Assembly: GCF_009834535.1 (NCBI RefSeq) | Contig: NC_045697.1 | Location: 114,826,001-114,890,000 of the forward strand | Length of the DNA: 64,000 bases | Source of the DNA: Camelus ferus | Taxonomy: Eukaryota | Direction of reading: 5' to 3' | Part shown: positions 51,301-64,000 of the stretch, in pieces | Layout of the letters: each line of letters opens with the position of its first letter | Position numbering within the stretch: the stretch's first letter is position 1 | The notes under the pieces: generated by a model | Told to the model about the DNA's origin: nothing | The model's input: only the letters and a program-made list of their open reading frames with translations | Databases searched by the model: none | Translations under genes and position numbers: made by a program

Positions 51301-51721
51301 TTTTTAATTTTTATTTTTATTGAAGTGAAGTTGACTTACAATGTTAGTTTCAGATGTACAGCAAGCAATTCAGTTACACATACACATGTTTTCAGATTCT
51401 TTTGCATTATATGTTATTACAAGAAATTGAATATAGTTCCCTGTGCCACACAGAAGGTCATTATTATTTATCTGTTTTATATATAGTAATGTGTATCTGT
51501 CAATCCCAAACACCTGATTACAGCTATATGGATGGACCTAGAGATTATCATATTAAATGAAGTAAGTCAGACAGAGAAAGACAAATATCATATGATATAA
51601 CTCATACGTGGAATCTAGAAAAATATATATACATTTTATTTACAAACCAAAAATAGACTTGTGGACATAGAAAACTATCTACGGTTATCAAAGGGGAAAG
51701 GGCAGGTGAGGGATAAATCAG
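51301..51721 (-). mobile_element. Lineage-specific L1 3' end with 5' inversion (51301-51519 antisense, 51520-51721 sense)
   Basis: TSD AATATATCTT (51291-51300) / AATGTATCTT (51722-51731) brackets both segments. Confidence 0.92.
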
Positions 51722-54700
51722 AATGTATCTTCTAAATATATCCCTGAGCTCACAGGGTTGAGCAGAAGGTGGGGGAGGGTGGGTGCAGGGACTAATATGC
51801 GCAAATGAGATACTGAAATTCCCTAATGTGCCTCTAGAGAAGTGCTTAGTCTTGTGGGGTCTAACCTGAAGTCTCTTTACCATAGAATATTTTTAAGACA
51901 GTTTTACTAAATGATTTTATTATAATAAAAACCTAAGCCTTAGTTTATACACTATATTTTCCCACCATAAAGCTCTACAGTTTAAAGAAAATCAAGAGAC
52001 TTTAAATAGAATCAGGATATATATTAATTCAATGTGATAAAAATTGAACCATTTGCTGTTCAGAAATTTTGGATGACAATACCTTTCAAAACATGAATTT
52101 CACAGCAGGGAGGAGGAAAAATTTTTAAAAAGCTGTTCACAAATAAAAGAGCTATGTATGTAATATGCATTTTATTGCAAAGGAAAATGGCATTCAACAT
52201 TAACCTAAAGGAGGGGTAATTAGTAGGGAAATTTCACCTATTTTAATCAATTGCATTTATTTTAAGATCTAGAAAATGAGAAGCTTCTGGAGTGAGCGGA
52301 GGAAGCTGTGACAACTAATGGTAGTCACTTTTCTTTTCCTTCCATAATTCATTCTCAGTTGAGCCTAAACCTGTAGTTTTCAATAACACATTTAGGTTGA
52401 AAACAATTAAAATGAGGACTAAAATACCACACGGAAGTGAAATCGATAATATATATGAACACACCACCTACTATAATCCTCATTTGTTTTTGTCCACCCT
52501 ACCCCTCATTCCATTTTTTATAGACACTTACATTTATTTTGAGGAATCCCACATTACAAACAGATTTGGACAAATGCTGAATCAAGTTGCCTGCCCTCCA
52601 TCTATGGAAAACAAAAGACTTCTTGGAGACTATTTGAAGATGCGTTCTCTCACCCTCCAGGTACAGCAGAAGTGAAGGCACCTTCACATCCTCCTGGGAC
52701 CCTGATCTTGGGGAGAGACTGAAGGTCACTTTCCCAGCAGCAGTGCCTACTGCACACTTCCCACAATGCAGTGCTCCTTTCTCACCTCCCGAGGTGCCTC
52801 AGTTGCTTCTAATTTCCAAATCTGTTTTCTCAGCCTTATCACTGACTTCCAGGATTTTTAATAGTCTTACAGTAAAATCCAATTTGTTAAAGTAGCCAGA
52901 ATCATAATTTTCAATGCTTGCAAAGAAATCACCCAAATGGATATACAGCTGTGTCACAAACTCTCCGCTTATGCGCAGTGAGAAATGCCACTTGTCATCC
53001 CCCGACCCCATAACATATTTACTGATGTAACAGGGGAAAAAGAGGCTATCTTTTGTATGCAATATTTCAAAGTGAAATTTGGTGTGAAAATTACCTATTT
53101 TTGTTTAATAGGAATTATTTCCCATGATGCAAGATCAGCTAAAGAGGGAAGGAGACTGAACGGAATAATGATCTAAGAAAGCAGATTTCATATTATCAAG
53201 AGATATTAATGATGCATCAAGGTTCCCAATAATAACAATAAAATAGATAAATTTCATTAATAAAATGAAACGGCTATTCTTTATCAATCAAAAAGCATTT
53301 ATTATTATCTCTAACTTGTATATAAATCATTTATGAAGCCGTGAGCTACTCGGGAAAGTATATAGAAAGAATAATCCTTGATGATGAAACATAAACAGGC
53401 AGTCAAGGATCTAACGTTTACAGCTTTACACAGATTCTCTCTTTTCTGCTATGAGACTGTCAAGGTCAGATAAATAATTTATGAATAATCAGCACTCTTA
53501 AACACCAACAATTAAAACATGTTGTTATAATAATAACAATTAATAATTACACAAGTGGGATGCCTGTCTTCCATACATGTAACTTCTGCTATTTAACGGT
53601 AAGACTAATTATATTATAAATGAAATCTTACTCTTATAACCTCATAAAATGTGTTTTATGATTTGGGGGACGCTATGAAGTTCTCCCATTTTCTTTCACC
53701 ATCGTCTATCTCTCCTCTGTCCTTTAGCTCCTGAAGATACCTCAGATTTATCTACAATATCCCTCACATTTTCTCTCTCTAGCTCATTGCCCTGGAAGGA
53801 TGCTCCCACATTATCAATTTTATTACACTGTATTTGAAATAAACATAAGCATGTATGTGTGAAATTCATCAAATTAAAAAGAATGTCTTCAATAGAATAA
53901 GAGACATCTTAGGGGGATTAAGAAAACTTTTTTTTTGGAGGAAGTGGTCAGAGAGATCACAGGCTTAATGTGGAACAGCACTGTGTTCAAAGTGGAAGGA
54001 AAAAGAGTCATTCCTTCTGGCGGTGTGTAGTCCTAAGGAAAGCGTTGCCATGGCAAAGGCAAAGCTGTGTTCTGAGTGTGTTCAGATAAAAATGATGCTT
54101 GATATAAGATCGTGGAAAGTTTAACCACGAGACAAAGTTGCTTTTATTTCATAATGTGCTCAATGGAAATTTGCTTCATCCAAGTCTTCTTCTCTGCCTC
54201 CCCTTCTAGCCCAGTGGATGATGCTAATTAAACTCAAAGTATTACTTTGACCTTCCTTATTCCCCAATGAAAACCAGGAAAAAAGTGATGAAATAAAGAG
54301 ATGCTCTCTGTGAAGGGAGGGGCAGCGTGTTGAACCGTGCTGCAGAGGGGCTGCCCTCTGCTCCATCCCCTCCTGAAGAGGCATTCTGGAAAAGCCCATC
54401 TTCAAACATTCTGTATTTGTCGCAGTGCAGTAAAGGACTTTGTTTTGCTATATATCCCGAGAACACTGCAAGGAAATAATAAAATCGTTAGAAGCATACA
54501 TCAGGAGTGACTATGTGTGTGTGCATGTTATAACTTAACAAATGTCCCCACTGTCAAAGAAGTCTGAACCCAGAGTGACTATTTTGTGACTGTGCAAAAT
54601 GTCAATCAAGTAATATGAACTGCTACCCACAAAACGGATTGTCTGTCCCATTGGATGGCATCCAGCCTCTTTTAATAGAAAATAAATCTCTTTTAATAGA

Positions 54701-55083
54701 ATTAAACACATGAATGACCCTATTTCAGAAAGTCATGTTCATGCATATTTACATATCTCTGCATATAAATAAGTTGTTCATGTTCTAGTAATTCCAAGTA
54801 AATATGTGACATTGCTTAATAATTAATCTAATTTTATAATCAAATCCCTGTTTCACAGGTTTTTACCATAAACTATTCAATGATATTATTGTACATATTT
54901 TCCTATAATTAATTCTAAACTATCCAGAGTGGAGTGGGTACATAAAAGCTTCTATTCACTCATTCATTCATAAAGTATTTTAGACCCTCTGTGTGCCAAG
55001 TACTGTCCTAGGAGTGACGGATACATGGTACATAAGACTAAGTACTGATCTTCATGGTGGCTTAATTTATAAGCTTATGCCTT

Positions 55084-55350
55084 TGTCTTTGTCAGTTTGG
55101 GTTGCTATAACAAAATGCCACAGTCTCGGTGGCTTAAATGATAAACATGCATTTAGTCTGGAGGCTTGGAAGTTCAAGAGGAATGTGCTGGAAGATGTGG
55201 TATCTGGTGAGCACGCACTCCGGATGTGCAGCTGGCGAGCTTCATGCCATAGTCTCACCTGGTGGAGAGGGGAACTCTGGTTTCTCATCCTCCTCTTCTA
55301 AGGGCACTAATACTGTCATGGGACCTGCACCCTCAAGACCTCACCCATCA
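55084..55350 (-). mobile_element. MaLR LTR (MLT1A-like), preceded by an L2 3' remnant (~54955-55070)
   Basis: TTGGGTTGCTATAACAAAATGCCACAG...GGTGGCTTAAA...TCCTCTTCTAAGGGCACTAAT. Confidence 0.82.
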
Positions 55351-55381
55351 AATTGATGATGTATAATTGTTCTTAGTTGTC

Positions 55382-55930
55382 TAGAGAAAGACAAATACTA
55401 TATGGTATGACTTGTGTGTGCAGTATTAAAAATGAAAAGCCAATTTCATACAAACAGGGAGCATAATGGTAGTTGTCAGGGACTAGGGGGTTGGGGGAAG
55501 GAGAAATGGAAAGAAAGATATAGGTCAAAAGGTTCAAACTTTCAGTCTTAAGAAGAATAAGTTCTGGTTAACCACTATATATATATAAATAGATTTAAAA
55601 AATAAACAAATCTCTTCTGTATAGCACAGGGAATTATATTCAATCTCTTATAATAACCTTTAATGAAAAAGAGTATGAAAATGAATATATGTATGTATAT
55701 ACATGACTGGGACATTATGCTGGACTCCAGAACTTGACACATTGTAACTGACTATACTTTAACAAAAACTTGTTAAAATAAAAAGAAAAGAAGAATTAGT
55801 TCTGGGGATCTAATGTATAGCTTGGGGGCTACAGTTAACAATATAGTATTGCACACCTGAAAGCTGCTGGGGGTACATTCTAAGTGTTCACAGCACACAC
55901 AAACACACACACACACACACACACAGAGTA
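55382..55930 (+). mobile_element. L1MA-like 3' end interrupted by a younger L1
   Basis: AGAAAGACAAATACT...GGTCAAAAGGTTCAAACTTTCAGT|...|TCTGGGGATCTAATGTATAGC. Confidence 0.82.
55568..55787 (+). mobile_element. Young L1 3' end nested in the older L1
   Basis: 18-bp TSD AAGAAGAATAAGTTCTGG (55550-55567) / AAGAAGAATTAGTTCTGG (55788-55805). Confidence 0.92.
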
Positions 55931-57026
55931 AATTGAAATATATAATAAAATAAAATAAATATAGGAAAAGAGAAAGTAAGAGATAAACTTCTTAGTCCGA
56001 CTACTGTGACTTCAGAGGGAGCCTGATGGGAGATGGTTCAAAGATCTCCAAGCTTCACATTTACACTTCCCACTTCAAACTTTTAGTTGAAACTTGGCTG
56101 CATTTTCAACGTGCACCGTGGTTCGAGTGAAGGAGCTGTCCAGCAGCTGGAGGCCAACGTGAGATCAGCACGTGCTAGTCTTGATGGAAGGGACTAGGGG
56201 CCAGTGTCCTGTAGATAGATGTCAGCCAAGCCAGAGAAGTCAATTCCAGTTGAAATATAAGATCCTAGGAAATTAGGCAACCCTCAGAGTTAAGGTGGGA
56301 AGATGAAGACAAAAAATCTGAATGAACTAAATATTGGTGAGAAACAAATAGACCTGTAAACCCTGATTTGCTTATTATTATCATCTGATTTCCGAGTTGA
56401 AGTGAGGAAACACAGTGGCATTGCTAGATTAAATTATCTAGCTTGTGAGCTCAATAGGAGCTCGTGAACTAAGCAAAATTCCACTAAAGAACTAAAAATA
56501 GGGTAGATCATTTTGGGGGACATTTGAGATTTGACTGTGGATTACATATCTGCCTCTACTCTGTTTTTTGCAATTTTCTCCAGGATTAATTTTGTCCTTT
56601 AAACTCTCCTTCCAATTCTCTTTCATTCGATTGCAGGAAGTCATTGCCCTCAAGTCTCATGATGCATTGGCTATAACATTCTCATTCTGCCTACTCCTCT
56701 CTAAAAATACTATTTTCTGGACCTCTCTCACCCCTCGTCATAATTGCATTCACTCCATCAAAATTTACATGGTCTATGTGCCACTATTTCTGGCTTAGGA
56801 AAAAAAATGTTACCATCCATCAATTTAAAACCTGCCATATAAAGAATTATAAAGGAACCAGGGTTACTTAGCATGGAAAATTGTGGCCTTTAGATAGTTA
56901 GATGACAGTTATTTTGAAGAATTTGTTGAGGGTGACTTCAGTTGAAAATTGTGACATTATATAGTACTTCCTACGTAAATTGTTAACGAGTGTCATTAAA
57001 GCTATTTCAGGACTAAGCAAATTGGA

Positions 57027-59523
57027 AAGCCCTCATCCAGCACAGTTACCCTTGGCCACATGCAGTTAAGAGCGTGTGAACTGTGGCTAACACAATAAGG
57101 GTTGGGATTTTTAATTTATTTAGTATGTATTAATTTCCACTTCAGTTTAAAAACTGAAGAAATAGGAACTATCACTCTACAAACACAAATGTACTGTTTT
57201 GTTAGCACTACATTTCACCCTAACTCTTGCATTATGTATATTATAATTGTGTTGTAGTGTGAGTTAAGTGGTACTATGTACATTGTAATTTTAAATTAAA
57301 TTACAACACTTATGACATTAATTATAATAAAACAGTTTTCTAGTTGAAAATAAGAAGGTACACATACTGATTTTATAATAAAGTAATATTACTGATACCA
57401 AATGGGTTAAAGATGCGGAAGATGGAAAAGTAATTAAAAGAGTTCAAAAGATATATGTTGTTAATTTTATAATAAATGCCAAATGCAATTCACTAGGCTG
57501 AATAAAATGAGAAACCTATATGTTTGTCACCTAAAATAAATTTACAGATAATAAAGTTGACAAAAATACTTAATTTGAAAAGAAAATTCTTCCTAAAGCT
57601 AAAAACTTGACAAAATTATTCACCTGAAATTAGAACTAAAAATTCAACAGACTTTAAAAAATCTTATTTAACAAGATCTGAGTGAAATTTTGGCCAGCTG
57701 TCAGATGACTTCGTTCTTAAACAAAATGAAAGCTATATTTAGATGATGAGGAAATAAAATGAATTAGTAACTTATTTTAAGGAAATTGTGTTAGAGAATT
57801 ATACACTACACCCAAAAAAATCATATTTTAACAAAGTGAAAAATCTTCACTTAAGCCACCAGTTATCTACATAATATAAAATCTTTCCAACAATATTTAT
57901 GACCATTAGATTCAATGCATTAAAATTGAAAATGCTTTAGTTCCAACTATTAGGTGGAAGAGACATTCCTTGCTTAAAACATCAGGTAAGTATTTTCTCA
58001 AAATATTTGGAAAGTAAGAAAAAATGTTTCCAATTTGCAGCCTAAAAATCAAGCTCATGACAAAGATATTCTAAGTTCTATTGTGGTTGTCAAAAAAGAA
58101 TCTCAACTAGATATGGAAAAATTATTTCTTACAATGGATGAGTCTTATTATTTTAGGAAAAAAAATCTAATTTATTGGAACTTTAAAACAAGAAAATGAT
58201 AGTTTTCTTATTTATTATTATTACTGCATGATACATATTAATATATATGCCCAATTATTTGACTCAGATTCTATAGAAAATGGATGGATAAAGTTATTAA
58301 CGGCACTCAGTATATATATATGCACATGCTGTGAAACGTCACTGGTCCATATAACTGTTGAAAGAACTAGAAAAGAATGGATTCTGTGATACTATGTTCT
58401 GTGCCAGAGCTCGCTGTCTGACTTGTAGAAGAATATCACGGTGATATTAACTCTAATTCTAGACTTTCTTGAACAAAGGAAATGCCTCCTATATATTCAG
58501 TAGTCAGGGACCAACATTAGTTGTTATTTCTATGTCTTCGTATCACACTGCAGATGTACAAGCCACGTTTAAATTTCCCAGGAAAAGTACATTTATTTTT
58601 TGTTACTTATCTAGACAACAAGACCAGGTACATAATTTATGATGTCTGGGGCAGAACTAAATGTGGGAACACTTTCTAAAACAGTAAGAATTTTAAGACA
58701 TCAGTAGCACAGCATTAATTCAAGCAGAGCCCTTCCTAGTGCGCAGCCAGCACAACTGCACATGTTCCACACTTATGAAGCCAAGCTTCCTGAACAAGTT
58801 TACAATTTGTATTGAAATCGAGTTTTCATAGTGCATATCAATAACAATGACTTTGCCCATATTTCTAAATGAAGATCTGCAGATGATATTAATTGCAATC
58901 TACAGCATCATATGCAATAGCTATAAAAACCACAAGGAAATTTAAGCACTTTGTCAATATTGATAAATTTGTAGTTTCTGTTCAATTTATTTGATAAACT
59001 CTACCTTTTATGCTAGGAATACTCAGTTAGAATAGTCAATGGATTTCCTGAATTTGGATAGATATGTTAGAACTGATACGTTTCTCCTCCAAAGTCAAAC
59101 CAGTTCTTGAAAAATGATGAACCAGCTTTTTGAACATGGATCATTAAAGGAAAATGACGTTCTGTTACTTGATTGAGTTATTAGAAAATGCCTCCGTATG
59201 TTTAGGAATATGTATCTACTTTTTCAACTGAAATTTTATAAAAGCTAAATACAAATCAGGTGTCTCTTGGTGAAAATCTGTGTCCTTATTGAAATGTAAT
59301 ATAAATGGAAAATATACTCTGAATTTTAAAGTCTTATATTAAAAAAAGTAAAATATCAATAATCTTACATTGCTTATCTGTTGAGATAATATTTGGAATT
59401 TATAGTTAAATAAACTCTATTATTGAAATTATTTTACCTGTTTCTTCTTATTTTTTATATAAGTCTTGATAAAAAGTTAAACTCATGTATGTGGCCTACA
59501 TTATATTTTTCTTGACAACACTG
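57027..59523 (+). mobile_element. Near full-length hAT DNA transposon fossil (Charlie5-like; MER3/MER33-type ends) with decayed transposase
   Basis: Ends resemble MER3/MER33 (GGCCACATG...GTGGCTA; ATGTGGCCTACATTATATTT...GACAACACTG). Motif remnants occur in the expected order: EKPICL 57509-57526, YYCMIH 58219-58236, ARCLT from 58409, NFIKAKYKS 59232-59258. Confidence 0.8.
58619..58789 (-). mobile_element. hAT-Tip100 MITE (MER45A-like) nested in the Charlie element
   Basis: GTACATAATTT...TAAGAATTTTAAGAC...AGCATTAA...AACTGCACA...ATGAAGCC; 8-bp near-TSD CTAGACAA / CTGAACAA. Confidence 0.75.
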
Positions 59524-59585
59524 TTACTTTTTATAACAGTCACTTAATGATTATTTATGTTATCTTATATTTCATCTTTTTATTA

Positions 59586-59797
59586 AAGAGGCTTAGAAAC
59601 TGTGGTCTGTAGGACAAATTTGTTCCACAGTCTCTTTATGTGAATAGACTTTTATTGGAAAATTTACCCTTTTTTTAGTGTGTTGCCAATGGGCACTTTT
59701 ATATCTTAATGGTATATCTGAGTTATTGAGTCAGTGGTGGATTGAGCCATATAGCCCACAAATGCTAAAATATTTACTGCTTGACTCCTGACCCCTG
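59586..59797 (+). mobile_element. hAT-Charlie MITE (MER58A-like)
   Basis: TTTTATTGGAA...GCCCACAAATGCTAAAATATTTACT...GACCCCTG. Confidence 0.7.
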
Positions 59798-60366
59798 CCA
59801 TAGAAGATATATAGCATTTGTCTTCTGGGTATTTGGCCAATGGATGCTGAAACTGGAGAAGGGATTCAAGCACCAAAATGCTGAGCTGAATATTCCAAGA
59901 TCCTGAAATCTCGACGATGGCTGGGGGAGACGTGTTAGCGTGTGTTGGTTGTTGTTAATGTAACAGTGCAGGAGAAGTCTGCAAATTTCACTAAAATTCC
60001 GCAGAATCAAAGAATGCTACAATTGGGAGAAACTGTGACTTTTGCAAGGATAAGACAGTGTGTTTTTTCCCCCATCCATTCTACACGTTTTGTTCAGAAT
60101 GTCCTACTTAGAACCAGATTCATGCTAGTAGTAGAGTAGTAGTTTTAGTTAACCTCATAATTTACAGTTGAATCTCATGATAAACTTATCAGTAAGTTTC
60201 CTACATTCTAAAAAGTGACATCTAAAATTAGGTTGCCCTATGACCCCAGAAGCCACGGCTCCTGGAAAGGGGGCCTTGACATTATTTATATACTTTATGT
60301 TCTGTGTGGACCTGAAAGTCAACTAGAAGTTCAAAAGTTGAAAACCATCCATTTGTGGATCAAATA

Positions 60367-61287
60367 TTATTAGCAATTAAAGAAATGCACGTCAAAACCA
60401 GAATGAGATACCACTTCACTCATGAGGATGATCATAATCATTTTTAAAAATGGAAAATATAAAAATATTGGCAAGACTGTGGTGAAATTAGAAAATTGGA
60501 ACCCTCCTACTTTGTTGGTGAGCTTGTAGAATGGTGCACAGCTGGTGTGAAAAACAGTTTGGCAGTTCCTCAAAAAGTCAAACACAGAATTACCGTATGA
60601 TAGCAATTCCATGCCTAAGTGTGTATCCAAAAGCTTTGAATACAGGTGTTCAAATAAAAACTTGTATAAGAATGTTTATACCAGCACCATTTCCAAAAGC
60701 CAAAGAGGAAAGCAACTCAAATACCTGTCAGCTGATGAATAGACAGGTAAAATATGGTCTCTCTGCAAAATGGAATACTATTCAGCCATAAAAGAATCAA
60801 AGAGTGATGCATACCACAACATTGATGAACCTTGACAGTATTATTTTAATGAAAAACATCAGACACAAATGACCACTTATGGTATGATTCTATTTATAAG
60901 AAATACCCAGAATGGGCAAACAGAGACAGAAAGAAAGCACACTAACGATTGTCAAAATATGAGAGAAGGGGATAATGGAACATAATGGCTACAGGGTTCC
61001 TTTGGGGAGATGAAAATGTTCTAGAACTAGAAATCCAATGCAAGGTTGGTTTAATCCAAATGGAACACCAATGGTACTCCACCATTTTATATAAGGGACT
61101 GGAGCATCTGCAGATTTCAGTATCCATGGGGGTCCTGGGACCAGTCCCCTGTGGACACCGAGGGGAGACTGCAGTGGTCATAGTTGCACCACATTGTGAA
61201 TGAACTAAATGCCACTGCTTTGTACATTTTAAAATGGTTAACATGATAAATTTTGTATTTATCTATATTTTATCACAATAAAAAAAT
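60367..61287 (+). mobile_element. L1MB-like ORF2 C-terminus plus 3' UTR
   Basis: GAAATGCACGTCAAAACCAGAATGAGATACCACTTCAC...GGAATACTATTCAGCCATAAAA...TTTAAAATGGTTAA...CACAATAAAAAAA. Confidence 0.9.
61033..61171 (+). mobile_element. TcMar-Tigger fragment (MER2/Tigger3-like terminus) inserted in the L1
   Basis: CCATTTTATATAAGGGACTGGAGCATCTGCAGATTTCAGTATCC...GGACACCGAGGGGAGACTG. Confidence 0.82.
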
Positions 61288-62264
61288 TCTAGCGATTTAG
61301 AATATGAACCAACAGACCACCAAAAAATTTCATAACTATCTCAAACAATTGGGTTTTCTGAAGGATTAGTGAAGTCTGAGAAAACTATTGTGAGAATGCT
61401 GCCAGTGGCACCAAGTATTTGCTAGCAGCTGGAGTTGATGATGTCTAATGATCCTGTAACAGTTAGATTTTTTTTTTAAATAAAAATCTGACCTTATCCT
61501 CCAAACAACACTTTAAAAATTTATACATTTTAATTGCTTAACCAGATGGCTATTTAATTATGAAAATTTTAAATGTGTATCTTCATTAAAACGGTCATTT
61601 TTGCACAGCACAAACCATATTTGTGTATTATAGGATGGTCCTTGCCAAATTCTATTTCTTAGATGTGACACTTTTTATTTTAGGGAATCTGTACAGCTTT
61701 GGATCAAGTAAATAACGAGTTTAATTTCCCAGGGGGGGCATCTCATGGTGTGATGTATTAGATAGTTTGTGTTGTATATGTAATCGGTACTTTTATTGTA
61801 TACTCTGTGATATATATGGAATTATCTTAAAACAACAAGGACAGCTACTTCCCTGGGCAAGGATGGAGAAGGTGAGAATGGGAAGAGGAGGAAATACATG
61901 CGGATTTCATAGAGAAATCTTTCTCTTATCTTCCATCGGGAATTAGAGATTGAGAACTATTACAGTTGTTTCCAGCGTAGATTGGAAATCTGAAATAAAC
62001 TCTCAAAAAATAACCTCGTTAAGAATAAGAATCGTGTTATAGTTGTTAAAAAATATGAATTCAGACCTCTCAAAAATTCCTGTTGTTATTATTTAACATT
62101 CTAGAAAGTTATTTAAATGATTTTTATAGACAGTGTTGTATAAAATAGCTGTGCTGGATGAAACCTACTTAAGCACCATAATTAAGATTAAGTGTCTATT
62201 GAGACACATAATTCTCCATGAGCATCTTATGTTCACACAGGCTGGATCTTCCAAGCAAAGGGCA

Positions 62265-62802
62265 CTGGCAATCTTTGCAAAGATATTTGCTTATTTGTAA
62301 AGACATATTCCCTTTATTAGACTATGCTGTCATGAGTAAACACATTCCGTTTATCTTTGAGACTCAGAACTTTGCTATGCATAGTCAAGGCATAGAAAAC
62401 ATTCTTTGAAGACATAGACAGTGTCTCCGTCCAAGCCCGAAAGGGTGGCTTTTTCATTACACAGGCAGAGAGTGTCTCCCTCCTCAGAGACATTCCAGGA
62501 GAGTGAAATACCATTCCCCTCTCTGGAATAGAATTTATTCTCTTCATTCCAGAGTAAAGATACGTTCTCTCTCTCTCTCATATAGACAGGGAAGCATCAG
62601 CCCTGTCTGTACTCACCGTTTCCCAATACAGAGCTCCTTGTTCATACTTGACCCCATGGCATGTGCAAAACCATCTCATCTTCACTGAGCCACCCTCATG
62701 GGAACTGATACTCAAAAAACTGACACACGATATCACTATGGCTGGTGCTATTTCTGTGAGTAGTAAGTGGTCTTTGTCTCTAACCCAAAGAATCTTCTGT
62801 AC
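62265..62802 (+). mobile_element. Old LTR (MER21/MER77-group-like), boundaries approximate
   Basis: GC-richer block ending GTGAGTAGTAAGTGGTCTTTGTCTCTAACCCAAAGAATCTT. Confidence 0.55.
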
Positions 62803-63484
62803 ACACAGACACCCACATATGCACATACATATATGTCCATAAATATTTATAGTACATTTATGTACTTAATGCATACATACAAACACAGGCACAGATTTAT
62901 AACTATGGTAGGCTAATTTGCTAGCTTAGCTTGTGAGCTTAAAATCTCAGACCCTTCAAAGTTCTAGACTAACAGTATTCAGCACAGTCAGGCAAAGCCA
63001 ACTAAGCAGAACAATTAGCACAATGTTAGATGTGTTAAAATTTCCCACTTCTCTCCAGGTCTGTTGTATGACAACCATCCATATATTGTTTCTTTACTAG
63101 TCTATACTGAAGGAAATAGATACATTGAATTTGTTTTTATGACACAGAATAATGTTATATATTAGAAGGGAAGTAAAACCTCATATGCTTTACTGTCATT
63201 GAATCCAATGGTTTACAAATTTAAAACAATATTTTAAAACTTGGCTGACTGTGCTAGTATTTGAAAGACTAGAGCTACTTAAAGACTTTAGCAGAACTTA
63301 AGTCTCCTTGACTTACAGGATCTAATATAGATCAAATATAAAAATGTAAATACATCTATGATGGATTTACCTACGGCTGTAAAAATGCAAAAGAATATTG
63401 TTAACAATTTGCTTCTGAAATAATTCTGAAGAGATGAACTCATTAAATTCACAGTTGGCTATAATTTATACTGTGGACAGGGTA

Positions 63485-63936
63485 TGTTGCCTGCCCTTGC
63501 AGTAAATAACAAATGCTGTTCACCACCAAGCCGTCAGTCACTGTGGCTGCCCCCAACAGAGTGCCCCTGAGGGGCATTAAGAATGGAGAAAAAACAAGAA
63601 GCATTTAGGATAATAGTTCTATGTAGTTGAGATGTATATTTAAGGAAAATTTCAATGAATCCAAACCCTTGCATCTTCCCATACACAAAAAATCATTAAC
63701 TTGAGATGTCTGTTTTGGGGGATTAGCAGTAATCTTTGATGTTCACTACATTTTTATATTTTTTGTTCTTGATTTTTCCAGCAAAAACTCCTTGTATCCC
63801 AGATCCTTCATTACCTCTTCAGAGCAATTCCTCAGACTGATGTGAGAGGCTGCCTCCCGGGCTATAGTTCTCAGTAAGGTCCCCAAATAAAACATAACTT
63901 GTGACTTTGAGGCTATGCATTTTTCTTCAGTCAACA
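63485..63936 (+). mobile_element. ERV1-like solo LTR
   Basis: TGTTG...TCAACA inverted termini, AATAAA at ~63886. Confidence 0.85.
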
Positions 63937-64000
63937 ATAATGATCACAGAGTAGCAGAACTTGAAAACTTTTGCAAAGTGAGAAAATAGGAGCAGAGTTA

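Noticed and set aside
1..64000. CRISPR array, operon or prokaryotic/phage defence system
   Set aside because: There are no regularly spaced repeats and no long ORFs, and the sequence is clearly mammalian repeat-rich DNA.

Overview
This is mammalian genomic DNA, AT-rich and CpG-depleted, very probably from a camelid (alpaca, llama or camel): it carries five copies of a tRNA-derived SINE matching my recollection of the camelid vic-1 family, plus artiodactyl-type L1 3' ends. I can support no protein-coding gene, RNA gene, CRISPR array or prokaryotic-type system; the window reads as intergenic or deep intronic sequence dominated by transposable-element fossils. These include about a dozen ERV1-like solo LTRs (several with 4-bp TSDs), MaLR/ERVL LTRs, young and old L1 fragments, L2/MIR, and hAT DNA transposons (a ~2.5-kb Charlie5-like fossil, Charlie4a-, MER58A- and MER45A-like elements). 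The only ORFs with recognisable homology are decayed L1 ORF2 pieces and a hAT transposase C-terminus. The most interesting structures are a mosaic LTR whose two parental types both occur in the window, a three-level LTR nest, an old inverted duplication spanning an LTR/flank junction, four independent insertions of one LTR family, twin-primed L1 inversions, a CTCF-like motif in an LTR41-like element, and a CpG-retaining LTR-like promoter candidate. I found no convincing new biological system. Family names come from remembered consensus sequences and need RepeatMasker/Dfam confirmation; boundaries of old elements are approximate.
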